Source: Eledone cirrhosa (taxonomy: Eukaryota). From it: a stretch of DNA of 64,000 nt. The translations under genes were made by a program, and so were the position numbers. The notes beneath the pieces were generated by a model. That model did no database searches. It was not told the DNA's origin and saw only the letters and a list, made by a program, of their open reading frames with translations. Positions within the stretch are counted from its first letter, which is position 1; each line of letters starts with the position of its first letter. Positions 14,549 to 26,186 of the stretch are shown here, piece after piece. Where the stretch lies: positions 246,512,001 to 246,576,000 of the forward strand of contig OZ024740.1 in the NCBI GenBank assembly GCA_964016885.1. Direction: 5' to 3'.

Positions 14549-14597
14549 TATATACTTCTCTCGTCTGTGTAAATGAGGTGATTAATCTCATTTGCAT
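14549..14597 (-). promoter_or_regulatory. Candidate compact snRNA-type promoter (octamer, PSE-like, TATA)
   Basis: Minus strand: ATGCAAAT-GAGATTAA-TCACCTCATTTACA...AAGTATATA; octamer start to TATA start is 43 nt. Confidence 0.45.
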
Positions 14598-14614
14598 ATG
14601 AAGCTACATAATCC

Positions 14615-14702
<88 letters not shown>

Positions 14703-14727
14703 GTATATATATATGTATATATATATA

Positions 14728-14868
<141 letters not shown>

Positions 14869-14875
14869 GTATATA

Positions 14876-14907
<32 letters not shown>

Positions 14908-14995
14908 AAGGACGTAAAATAAGAAAATATTTCTTTAAAAAAAATTTTAAAAAAAAAAAAATTTTAAAAAAAATTTTTTTCTTACTTAAATTTTC

Positions 14996-15077
14996 ACTCC
15001 AACTAATTAGTTTCTGCAATGGGATAAAGACAGTTATGTAATCCAACTGTCGAGAATTCATTGCGTCATCAGGAAGT
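14996..15077 (-). ncRNA. Type I hammerhead ribozyme with long branched stem II (copy 1)
   Basis: ACUUC-CUGAUGA-C-GCAAUG..GACAGUU/AACUGUC..CAUUGC-A-GAAA-CUAAUUAG-UU^GGAGU; core complete; 8-nt palindromic stem III. Confidence 0.82.
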
Positions 15078-15577
15078 CTATTCTCAGTTAAGTCTCCAGG
15101 CAATGCGCGGACACTGGCGGCTCATATAAAAATAATAATAATTCGGTAGATCGAACAGCTTGCGAGGACTGAATTCTATGTACCGAAATTCTCACTGCTT
15201 CAAGTCAAATGGCCGATTCTAAAGAATCAATCACGTGACACAGAGGCTAGTTAGAAGGAATGGGATGGTAAGATGACTGACGCCTACTAACACCCCAAAA
15301 AAAAATTTTTTTAGAAGTGGTTTTGACAAGTTTGCTCGACAAATCAGTGATTTGGAGATAAATATAGATAATTTAATATATCAACTAACATAAGCGCACA
15401 GATGCACGCCCATGCCAGCAAATACACAGGTTATGTCATAGTACCTAGGTGGTTCAATGCAGGAGAATGCAGAACAATAATATAAAGGACGTAAAATAAG
15501 AAAATATTTCTTTAAAAAAAATTTAAAAAAAAAAAAAAAAAAATTTTAAAAAAAATTTTTTTCTTACTTAAATTTTC

Positions 15578-15659
15578 ACTCCAACTAATTAGTTTCTGCA
15601 ATGGGATAAAGACAGTTATGTAATCCAACTGTCGAGAATTCATTGCGTCATCAGGAAGT
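15578..15659 (-). ncRNA. Type I hammerhead ribozyme with long branched stem II (copy 2)
   Basis: Identical to 14996-15077. The third copy (16160-16230) is truncated inside the CUGAUGA core. Confidence 0.82.
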
Positions 15660-16228
15660 CTATTCTCAGTTAAGTCTCCAGGCAATGCGCGGACACTGGC
15701 GGCTCATATAAAAATAATAATAATTCGGTAGATCGAACAGCTTGCGAGGACTGAATTCTATGTACCGAAATTCTCACTGCTTCAAGTCAAATGGCCGATT
15801 CTAAAGAATCAATCACGTGACACAGAGGCTAGTTAGAAGGAATGGGATGGTAAGATGACTGACGCCTACTAACACCCCAAAAAAAAAATTTTTTTAGAAG
15901 TGGTTTTGACAAGTTTGCTCGACAAATCAGTGATTTGGAGATAAATATAGATAATTTAATATATCAACTAACATAAGCGCACAGATGCACGCCCATGCCA
16001 GCAAATACACAGGTTATGTCATAGTACCTAGGTGGTTCAATGCAGGAGAATGCAGAACAATAATATAAAGGACGTAAAATAAGAAAATATTTCTTTAAAA
16101 AAAATTTTAAAAAAAAAAAAAAAAATTTTAAAAAAAATTTTTTTCTTACTTAAATTTTCACTCCAACTAATTAGTTTCTGCAATGGGATAAAGACAGTTA
16201 TGTAATCCAACTGTCGAGAATTCATTGC

Positions 16229-16266
<38 letters not shown>

Positions 16267-16269
<3 letters not shown>

Positions 16270-16432
16270 TACCCCGCGTGGCTGAGTGGTTAGAGAATTG
16301 GATTCGCTATCGTGAGGTTGTGAGTTCGATTCCCGGACCGGGCGATGCGTTGTGTCCTTGTGCAAGACACCGCATTTCACGTTGCTCCTTCTACTTGGTG
16401 TTGCGACCGATAGATACTATCAGCAATTGTAA
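16267..16432 (+). mobile_element. tRNA-derived SINE family B
   Basis: Box A TGGCTGAGTGG, box B GAGTTCGATTCC, core GTGTCCTTGTGCAAGACAC. Confidence 0.85.
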
Positions 16433-16476
16433 ATATATATATATATATATATTTGTTCATATATATATATATATAT

Positions 16477-16930
16477 GTTTATCCCGGGTTCAATCGGGGG
16501 TAAGCACAGTAAGTAAGGTACTCAATACGTAGCAGAGTATAAATATTTAATATAGAAATGGCTTCTACAGGACTAGAACTGTTTCATGCGGTAGAAATCA
16601 TCAGGAGAACCGACATACGTTCTACATGTCTGAGCCATTTAGTTGATGCCAGCATCATGTACATTAAAATATGACCATCATCATTTCACTGAGGATTTTT
16701 CTGTGCCTAAACCTATTTCTCTGGTTGTTAAAAACCTCAAAGGTCTGAGGGTCGGTTTCATGCGATCTATTTTTCAATATATAAAATGGAAACACAGTCT
16801 GTGGAGGAGCTTTGTATGGAAGCTCAGATAGTAAAAACTGCACGGCATTGCTTGCTTTTGCCTCAGTTTGTGCTTCACGGTTCATTATAGGGTCTCTTCA
16901 GCGCAACAACAAACCTACCACACAACTAAA
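16477..16930 (-). mobile_element. Penelope-type 3' fragment (GIY-YIG C-terminus plus decayed HHR)
   Basis: Minus-strand translation SHETDPQTFEVFNNQRNRFRHRKILSEMM..FNVHDAGIN resembles the GHxxD...RKILE...LNxDxG end of PLE endonucleases. CUGAUGA-N12-GAAAC at 16604-16581. Confidence 0.55.
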
Positions 16931-16995
<65 letters not shown>

Positions 16996-16996
<1 letters not shown>

Positions 16997-17340
16997 GTAA
17001 CGTAATCCTCCCTTCGGCCACAAATGACCAGGGATTTGCACCTACAAAGTACCCCTCCGAGGCACATGTCCGCGTAAGGTTATTTGTAGAAGACCAACTG
17101 TCACCCAAGCATACCAGTCTCCACTTCTCACGCTGCCGATGTTGTCCAAGGGAAAGGCAATGTCCGATACAGCTTGGCACCGCTGATGTCGCAACTCGTT
17201 TCTACAGCCGAGTAAATTGGAGCACCACGAAATAAAGTTTCTTACTCAAGGACACAACGCATCACCCGATCCAAGAATCGGCACTACAATATTCCGATTG
17301 CAAGCCCAATGCTTTAATCACAAAGCTATGCGCCTTCATG
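16996..17340 (-). mobile_element. Diverged tRNA-derived SINE (family B head and core, different 3' tail)
   Basis: Minus strand GTGTCCTTGAGTAAGAAACTTTATTTCGTGGTGCTCC core with a degenerate tRNA head at 17270-17340. Confidence 0.7.
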
Positions 17341-17431
17341 TATATGTGCATTAAATATATACATACATTTATATCATATATAAATATACACAATCTCTCT
17401 CTCTCTCTCTTTCTTTCTCTCTCACTCTCTC

Positions 17432-17472
<41 letters not shown>

Positions 17473-17477
17473 CCTAA

Positions 17478-18110
<633 letters not shown>

Positions 18111-18249
18111 ATTTTGTATTTCTGCTCTGTAATCATTTACATTGAGCTATTTTTCTTACTGGTAATCGGGTAGTACAACATACTACCCTTTCGTATTTAT
18201 AATTGTATATAGTTCATATATATAAGTATAAATACTATCATATATATAT

Positions 18250-18440
18250 GGCGGTGAATTGGCAGTATCGGTAGAGGGTCGGACGCCATGCTTTGACGCA
18301 TAGAGTTACGGCCCTTGCCATTCTGAGTTCAAATCCGCCGAAGTTAACTTTGCCTTTCATCCTTACGGGGTCGATAAAATAAAGTACCAGTAATACACTG
18401 GGCAATTTCTGGCCTTGTGCCAAAAGTAGAAACAATTATT
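18250..18440 (+). mobile_element. SINE family A, full-length
   Basis: Collinear with 403-586. Confidence 0.9.
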
Positions 18441-18481
<41 letters not shown>

Positions 18482-18590
18482 TGAGAGAGAGAGATAGGTA
18501 TATACGCATATATATACATGTATATGATATATAAATATACACAATATACATAGTGTATATATATATACATGCATATATGTCTGTATACAC

Positions 18591-18621
<31 letters not shown>

Positions 18622-18629
18622 GATAGATA

Positions 18630-18994
18630 TATAAGAATAACATTAAGACAGATGATGTGATTACATAAAACGTTTATTCGTTCTAATTATTTCTATGGCT
18701 CCCCTTATGCAATCCAAGATGCAGTTCTTACATTTGTTGCTGGAATAGGACCTATTTCTTCAGATGAATATTCGTTTATGTGATATGCTGCGGGCACGAA
18801 AGAAGAATAACATCTTTTTGCCTGCAGCATATCACGTAAACGAATATTCATGTGAAGAAATCGCTCCCATTCCAGCAACACATGTAAAACCTCCACCTTG
18901 GATTACATAAGAGTAGTCATAGAAACCATTGAAATAATTATAATGAATAAACGCTTTATGTAATCACATCATCTTTCTTGATGTTATTCTTATA
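18630..18994. repeat. Imperfect fold-back palindrome of about 365 bp
   Basis: Arms pair along nearly their whole length around a centre at about 18807, e.g. GATGATGTGATTACATAAA / TTTATGTAATCACATCATC and ATGAATATTCGTTTATGTGATATGCTGC / GCAGCATATCACGTAAACGAATATTCAT. Confidence 0.85.
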
Positions 18995-19102
18995 CTAATC
19001 TCCATCGTAACTACATTCCATGAGTGTAGAGAGCTTTCTCCTGCTTACTCCAGTCTTTACCAAAACAACTTTTTTTACTGAAAAAAAAACACATACACAC
19101 AC

Positions 19103-19137
<35 letters not shown>

Positions 19138-19163
19138 TGTATGTATGTATGTATGTATGTATG

Positions 19164-19233
<70 letters not shown>

Positions 19234-19275
19234 AAAGAACAGAAGAGCGTCTACAACATCAAAAATTTTTTATTG

Positions 19276-19320
19276 GCTTACAATGTTTCTTCCTTACGTA
19301 ACCGTAGGATTCGTCAGAGC
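19276..19320 (-). ncRNA. Minimal type I hammerhead ribozyme at the 3' end of a (TA)n-embedded element
   Basis: GCU-CUGACGA-A-UCCUACG-GUUA-CGUAAGGA-A-GAAAC-AUU-GUA^AGC; followed by AATAAA, a tail of about 40 nt and (TA)n. Confidence 0.75.
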
Positions 19321-20402
19321 TATAAAAGGGGTTTGATTGGTGTTATGGACTCTAGCAACCAAACATTCAAGAACAAAGAGTAAAGAGAGTAAAGAGCAAA
19401 AGTAGGGGACGATAAGTCTAATTTTGGTGCGGGAGGGTGGGGTGTGGGTCCTTGTTTACTAGCTGCGATCATATTTATTCCCGGGAGTCGAGTGGTTAGC
19501 TGAACCATAGATGGGGTGGCGTCGATAGTAGGGTGCAGAGGGTGCGCAGAGGCTACACAAACACAAAGGGCATACAATATATATATAACGGAGGAGAAAG
19601 TACATGAGGTAATTAGAAATGGAAAAAGAGTAATAATAATAATCTATAATTAATAATGTATAATAAGGCATGGGGAAGATTACACTATAATAAGGTTTAA
19701 AAGTAAGAATAAGGTAAAATATAAAGGAGGATAAAAGTGGAAATAATAAAGATAAAAAATATATATGTAAAAAAATATATATAGAATATTTAAAGAAATA
19801 TAAGCGAATATTTGGAGGGGAAAACACAATGTAAAAAAAAACGATTTTTTCAAATAAAAATAAAAATATAATTATGGGGGGAGAAAACGGGATAGAGAAA
19901 TATGATCAAATGTGATTAGTTGAGAGAATATAAGATGATAATAGTTATGTCAAGTTTATACATCTTAATAATAAATAATCTGTGTATCAGAGTTACAGAA
20001 CCTTCAATTCACTTACAGGTTCAAGCCACGTGGCATAGTCCATTGTTTATCTGTGCGGTCATGCGCGTTTGTTTTTGACACCACAGCAGGTGCACAAGTT
20101 CGTAAATTTCAATGCAGATAGAAATCTATTTTTGCTCACCCGGACATTGACGGAGGATCTAATATTCCTAGTTCAATATGTGTGTGGTGTTATTTTGGTC
20201 GCACAAATCAACCACTTGGTTCAATATTATGGAGTATGGTTTTCTGGTCTTCGTAACACTGTCAGTGGTTGTATATCTCGAAATCACAAGGATCACAGTA
20301 CTCCGGTTTGGTGTGATTATCGGTCATCCAACTATGTTGTTGGTGGTTGGATTCAATTCTATTAGCCCGAACATCACATGTATATATATATATATGTGTA
20401 TG

Positions 20403-20453
<51 letters not shown>

Positions 20454-20633
20454 TTAAGGATACTATTTATGGTTATGTATGTAATAAAACCTTTTATGGT
20501 TGTATATTTTTTATACAAACCCTAAATAGTGAAAGATAGTCATTAATTACTATCTTATTACCAGTAAGATAAATAGCTCAATGTAATAACATCGGTTGTT
20601 TTACAGAGCAGTTATATATATATATATAGATTA

Positions 20634-22170
20634 TTAATACAATAACAGAGATAGTTTAAAGCTAATCTCTGACTGGTAACCATCTCACTCAACAAACATT
20701 AGGTTATATTTTAATATAAACCCAATTTAAGTGTTTGGGGTGCTAACAATATGTATTATGTGGAAAAGCCAGTTGTATTATTTTATGAGATATAATTAAA
20801 GTTAAAATATATCTCTCTTTCCAAACAATTGTTTCATTATAAGTTTTCTACAAATTCGGAGAATATTTCCAGTTTATGTAGAAGCCTAATATACATTCAT
20901 GTAAGAATATATTTAGGTGGGTGCTTATAAATCATCAATGGAAGCCCATTAAACTTTGATATAAGAAAAGCATTTCTTACCACAGTTAAAAATCGTGTCC
21001 GCTAAATTGCTCCTTCCCGCATCGAATGACCGGCAAATTTGAAATTCCAGCAGTTTTTGACTGAGGAAGTGTTATAGCGTCACTAAGCGGGAAGGGGAGA
21101 CAACTACGATCCACGAAAGGAGGAAAAAAAATAATATACATGCGGGTTAATCAGTTTTTTCGAAAACATTATCAATCCAACGTGTTAAGAACTCAATTGA
21201 AATTAAAAAATAAATATATGCGTGTATAAATTACACACGCATATAGATATTTTCTTAGGCTAAAATCAGAGGTTGTACCTGAATAAGAAACCGCATCTCG
21301 TAACCGTATTAAATACGGAAAGTTATGCTTTAAAGGGCAAATGGGAATGTAACTCTCCGGCCGAATTAAGAGTAAAATATAAAACACACGCGGGTTAATT
21401 AGCTATTTCAAAACCAATATCAATTCCTCGTGTAAAGAACTCAATTAATTTGAAAAAATAAATGTACGCATGTAATTATATACATAGGCATATATATATT
21501 TTCTTAGGCTAAAAAACAGAGAAGTTACAACCAATAAAAACCACAATATCGCACAACAGTAATAAATACGGAAAGTCAAATTTATAAGGTACCTGGAAAT
21601 AAACACCTCTGGCCAATCAAGAGTAAAATATTAATACAATAACAGAGATAGTTTAAAGCTAATCTCTGACTGGTAACCATCTCACTCAACAAACATTAGG
21701 TTATATTTTAATATAAACCCAATTTAAGTGTTTGGGGTGCTAACAATATGTATTATGTGGAAAAGCCAGTTGTATTATTTTATGAGATATAATTAAAGTT
21801 AAAATATATCTCTCTTTCCAAACAATTGTTTCATTATAAGTTTTCTACAAATTCGGAGAATATTTCCAGTTTATGTAGAAGCCTAATATACATTCATGTA
21901 AGAATATATTTAGGTGGGTGCTTATAAATCATCAGTGGAAGCCCATTAAACTTTGATATAAGAAAAACATTTCTTACCACAGTTAAAAATCGTGTCCGTT
22001 AAATTGCTCCTTCCCGCATCGAATGACCGGCAAATTTGAAATTCCAGCAGTTTTTGACTGAGGAAGTGTTATAGCGTCACTAAGCGGGAAGGGGAGACAA
22101 CTACGATCCACGAAAGGAGGGAAAAAAATAATATACATGCGGGTTAATCAGTTTTTTCGAAAACATTATC

Positions 22171-22177
<7 letters not shown>
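20634..22177. repeat. 997-bp unit in about 1.55 tandem copies, within (TA)n
   Basis: 20634-21180 is nearly identical to 21631-22177; the unique part contains a diverged dimer of about 248 bp (21137-21383 / 21385-21631). Confidence 0.9.
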
Positions 22178-22227
<50 letters not shown>

Positions 22228-22231
<4 letters not shown>

Positions 22232-22289
22232 AAGTAAAAGCGAAGTAGTTTCAGATGTTCATCTGAAACTACTTCGCTTTTACTTATTC
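22228..22289. repeat. Perfect palindrome, 30-bp arms, 2-nt loop, in (TA)n
   Basis: GAATAAGTAAAAGCGAAGTAGTTTCAGATG-TT-CATCTGAAACTACTTCGCTTTTACTTATTC. Confidence 0.95.
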
Positions 22290-22361
22290 GATATTTACTC
22301 CGTCACTCCTATGTGGAAAAAGTATGTTGAGTGCTTGAATTGAATTGCATCAATATTTACC

Positions 22362-22470
<109 letters not shown>

Positions 22471-23364
22471 ATATATGTATATATATATGTAATATCCGGG
22501 TTCCATTTCCATTCCATTTCCATTCCCACTCCCAACCTATAAAAACAGTGACTTTGCTGTTGTGACTGATTTTGTTCCTGTTATTGTCGTGTATGTATTT
22601 TTAGTGTTGTTGTTATTGTTATTCGTTGCTTTCCTGTTTAGAGAAGTAAAATGTACAGCAATTATCGCCCTGTAATTGTTGTGTAATGATATTTACATTG
22701 CGAAGTAATGAGGAAGGTTGTGTATGTTATCAGAGCAAATATACGTAGTTTAGATAGTGTTAACATAATAGTGGAGCAATTGAAATATCTAACGTAATTG
22801 GCAGAATTGTTAGAAGTGTAGACTTCAATAAATTGTGGTAGTTGCCCCGATTCTCTACATTTACAGTTCAAATACTGCCAAATCATCTCTCATTCTTTCG
22901 GGGTCGAGGAATCAAGAATTATTCTAGTGTAGTGGCTTAGTAGAATGTTACTGTGACAGACATGATGTTTTGCGATATTTCTCTCGACCCTTTGCATTCT
23001 GTTCTCTCGCGACTTCACTTGTACTAAGCCGTATCGGTGTTTCAGCCTTTGTGACAACATCGATGATGTGGAGTGGGAGTATTAGGATGCATGGGAGACT
23101 GCTGGTATTTTAAAAAATAAACATGCCAAGCTTTTTTTGAAGAAGAACTTTCCAAATGCACATCCATAGCTTCGGGAGCCATACGGAATTCTCGGATAAT
23201 TGAAACATTTGCTGTAGACTATGTCTCCCTTCATCACATGATTTCATTGTCACGAGTGAGACTTTACGTCAAGGCAGGCAAATATTTTTAGTACCTGGTG
23301 TGAAATGTAAGTGCGTAAAAACATGTCGGGGCACACATGAATCTTTTATATGAAAATACTCATA

Positions 23365-23516
23365 AGAATGGTGAATTGTTAGAGCGTTATTTGCTCTGGT
23401 TTTCTACATTTCAAATTAAAATCCCACTGAGTACCAGTTAAATGTTGGGGGCCAATCTAGTCGACTGTCCCCAAATCAAAAGAATTGTGACTTTGTGTCT
23501 ATGTTAGAAATTATTA
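23365..23516 (+). mobile_element. SINE family A, old and internally deleted
   Basis: GGTGAATTG head, AAATCCCACTGAG, AGTACCAGTT and a TTTGTGTCTATGTTAGAAATTATT tail. Confidence 0.55.
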
Positions 23517-24655
23517 AATTACTGTTTTGGTCCTTACAGATTAAACCATTTGTTTTTTGTTGACAGGCGGTTTCAAATTTTAATGAGGATGATATTTTCC
23601 CCGTGGCCTAAGTGTTATCCAGTTCGGCTCTACTTGGTCATTTGACCTGTTAGAAATAACAGTCATATATCTTTGAAATTAATTAGAATCGTCTATCTAG
23701 AAAAAAGGAGTGTCGCATCGGATAATCTTGTCACAAACGCGTTATAGTCATTAGTAAAGGATAGAATTATCATGGATAGAACAACTGCTTTGATAATAGA
23801 TTTCCCTAATCAGTGGCGACCTTGGACTAAACTACAACAGCAATGACAATAACGACTGACCGACAGCAATTATTAAGGAAACAGCTACGTGATTGTCTAG
23901 CTTGCTAAAAATAATTGCGCAATCTGTCTCAAACCACATACTTTCACTTTAAGTAAAGAAGGTTTTATTTGATAATATAGTCCTAGTTAAACTAATCGGA
24001 TGGCCATGGCTAAACGGTGGTTAGTGATGACCTAGGGCTAAATCATAACAATGACACTACCAATATACAACTTAAATTAGCGATATAGTATTTACGCTGT
24101 CACTTTAGTTCGTAGAAATAGGAAAAGCCGTGTTTCCCTAAAACTACACTATATCGTATTTACAAAAGAAGAACGCATTGATTAATGTAGTTCTAAATTA
24201 ACTAAGCCTCGGATGTTCACGACTAGAACGCCTTTGAGCACGGATTTTTGAAGGTGGTTATCGAGTATGGCCTTGAACTTGAAACTAAAGAACTTGCACG
24301 TTTATCCGCAAGTTGGACGCTTTACTGGTCAAACAACTAAACGCTCATCGTCGAAACCAACAGAGAATCCATCATCATCAGAGGTGAAATTCCTTCGTAT
24401 TGCTTCTAGCTAACACAATGTTTGTTTTTCTATACCTATTGGCAGTCAGATCAATATAACGAAATGTCTGAATATGTTAGATATAAAAGCTGGGCTAAAT
24501 GAGATTTACTTTTCTCGATTTTGATTCCTCGTAAATCGAGTTATTTCTATTACAATATTATAACATGATTAAAGATTTCAATGGCTAAAATGACTCTTCA
24601 ACAATGTAATTAATTAAATAATATTTGGGGTGTAATAATATCTGATTTAGACATA

Positions 24656-25025
24656 AGTGCATTACTGGTACTTTATTTTATCGAACCCGTAAGGATGAAA
24701 GACAAACAAAAATCTCGGTGGGATTTGAACTCAGAACGTAAAGGGGCGTAATTATAGGTTGCAAAGCATATTCTCCGACGCTCTACCAATACTGTCAATG
24801 CACTGCTCTTATTTGGGGTGTAATAATCATTTTTAATTGAGGCACAAGGACAGGGATTTTTGGTTGGGGTGGAGGATGTCGATTATATCGACTCCAATAC
24901 TTAAGCAGTATTTTATTTTATCGTACCCGGAATGATGAAAAGCAAAGTTGATTCAGTCGGTTTTGAATTCAGAATACTGCAAAGCATTTTGTCTAATGCT
25001 CGTACAACTCTGCCAATTCATCGCC
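24656..25025 (-). mobile_element. Two diverged SINE family A copies in tandem
   Basis: Reverse-complement core (TTTTATCG..CCCG.AA.GATGAAA) at 24676-24700 and 24915-24941; box B GGATTTGAACTC. Confidence 0.75.
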
Positions 25026-25489
25026 TCAGTCAGAAATTAAGTAAAGAGATACACCAGACCAAACTTAAAGCTATAGTTATTATTCAGTATATATTATTGT
25101 TAAGGTCTAAGCGATTGATCGTTATCACAGTATCACAGATTGAACCCGCCCTCTATATATTTTATACTTACATTAGATACGCAATCTCTAAAACACAACT
25201 GAAACACCGAATATCGTAATTGATTTGAATTATCATTGATATAATAAAATATGTAAATACAACTGTGGCAGGGGTGGGTAAGGCTTGTGTTGAAGTCGAT
25301 AATTTTGGTATTGTTGGTGATGGCGTTCATAGCTTTGGAGTTGGTAGTTTTGATAGTGTGAGGTATTTGTTGTGGTAGTGTTTGTGGTGCTGAAGGTGGA
25401 AATAACAGTAGCAGTGGTGGTGGTGGTGATTTTGGAGTTGCCTGTCAGTTTTGAAAATAGCGATGATGATGATGATCATGATCATGATC

Positions 25490-25676
25490 ATAATAATTGT
25501 TTCCACTTTTGGCACAAGGCCAACAATTATCCCAGTGCATTACTGGTACTTTATTTTATCGACCCCATAAGGATGAAAGGCAAAGTTAACCTCGGCGGGA
25601 TTTGAACTCAGAACGTAAAGGACCGTAACTCTATGCTGCAAAGCATGGTGTCCGACTCTCTACCGATACTGACAAT
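25490..25676 (-). mobile_element. SINE family A within a GTG/GAT low-complexity tract (25260-26065)
   Basis: Reverse complement of 403-586. Further partial copies at 26209-26285 and 61308-61385. Confidence 0.88.
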
Positions 25677-26101
25677 TATAATAATGATGATGATGATGAT
25701 GGGATAAATGTGGTGATGCTTGTGTTCTTGTTGCTATTGTTGTTGTTGGTGGTTTCGGACGTCGTAATGTTCATAGTGGTGGTGGTGGTGGGGTGTTGAT
25801 GTTGGAGTTACAGTAGTAGTTTTGATAGTTGTGGTCATGATGAAGCGGTGCTGGTTGGGGTATTGATGGTGGGGGTCATGGCATTGGTGCTAGTGATGGT
25901 GTTGTTGGTAGTAGTATTAATAGTAGCAGCAGTATTCGAATTAGTAGTTTTGATAGTGGTGGTGCTGGTGGTGGTGATGGGGGTGCTGATGGTGGTGGTG
26001 GTTCTGCTGTTAGTGTTGATGTAGTTTAATCTGGGTTGTAGCCCACTTGTTAATGATAACATCATGTTTTAAGTATGATCTAAAGAACTTAACATGGACG
26101 T

Positions 26102-26186
<85 letters not shown>

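Larger units (their letters stand above)
14356..14620 (-). mobile_element. HHR-bearing element of about 265 bp in (TA)n
   Basis: Unique island bounded by (TA)n on both sides, with HHR at 14463-14502 and an upstream octamer/TATA cassette. Confidence 0.65.
14907..16230 (-). mobile_element. Retrozyme-like tandem array: unit of about 580 bp, 2.3 copies, one HHR per unit
   Basis: Unit starts at 14907, 15484 and 16067 (periods 577 and 583); copies appear to differ mainly in homopolymer lengths; flanked by (TA)n. Confidence 0.85.

Noticed and set aside
16278-16350. tRNA gene (A and B boxes)
   Set aside because: Continues into a SINE core, has dispersed diverged copies, and lacks a proper acceptor stem and terminator.
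21008-21100. Type III hammerhead on the plus strand (CUGAGGA-AGUG/CACU with CCUUCCCGC/GCGGGAAGG helix)
   Set aside because: The GAAA core is missing (UAAG) and stem I cannot be formed convincingly; it may be another structure but is not supportable as an HHR.
23630-24245. Three diverged tandem copies of a possible further SINE-like repeat
   Set aside because: Similarity is patchy by eye; boundaries and family could not be supported without alignment.
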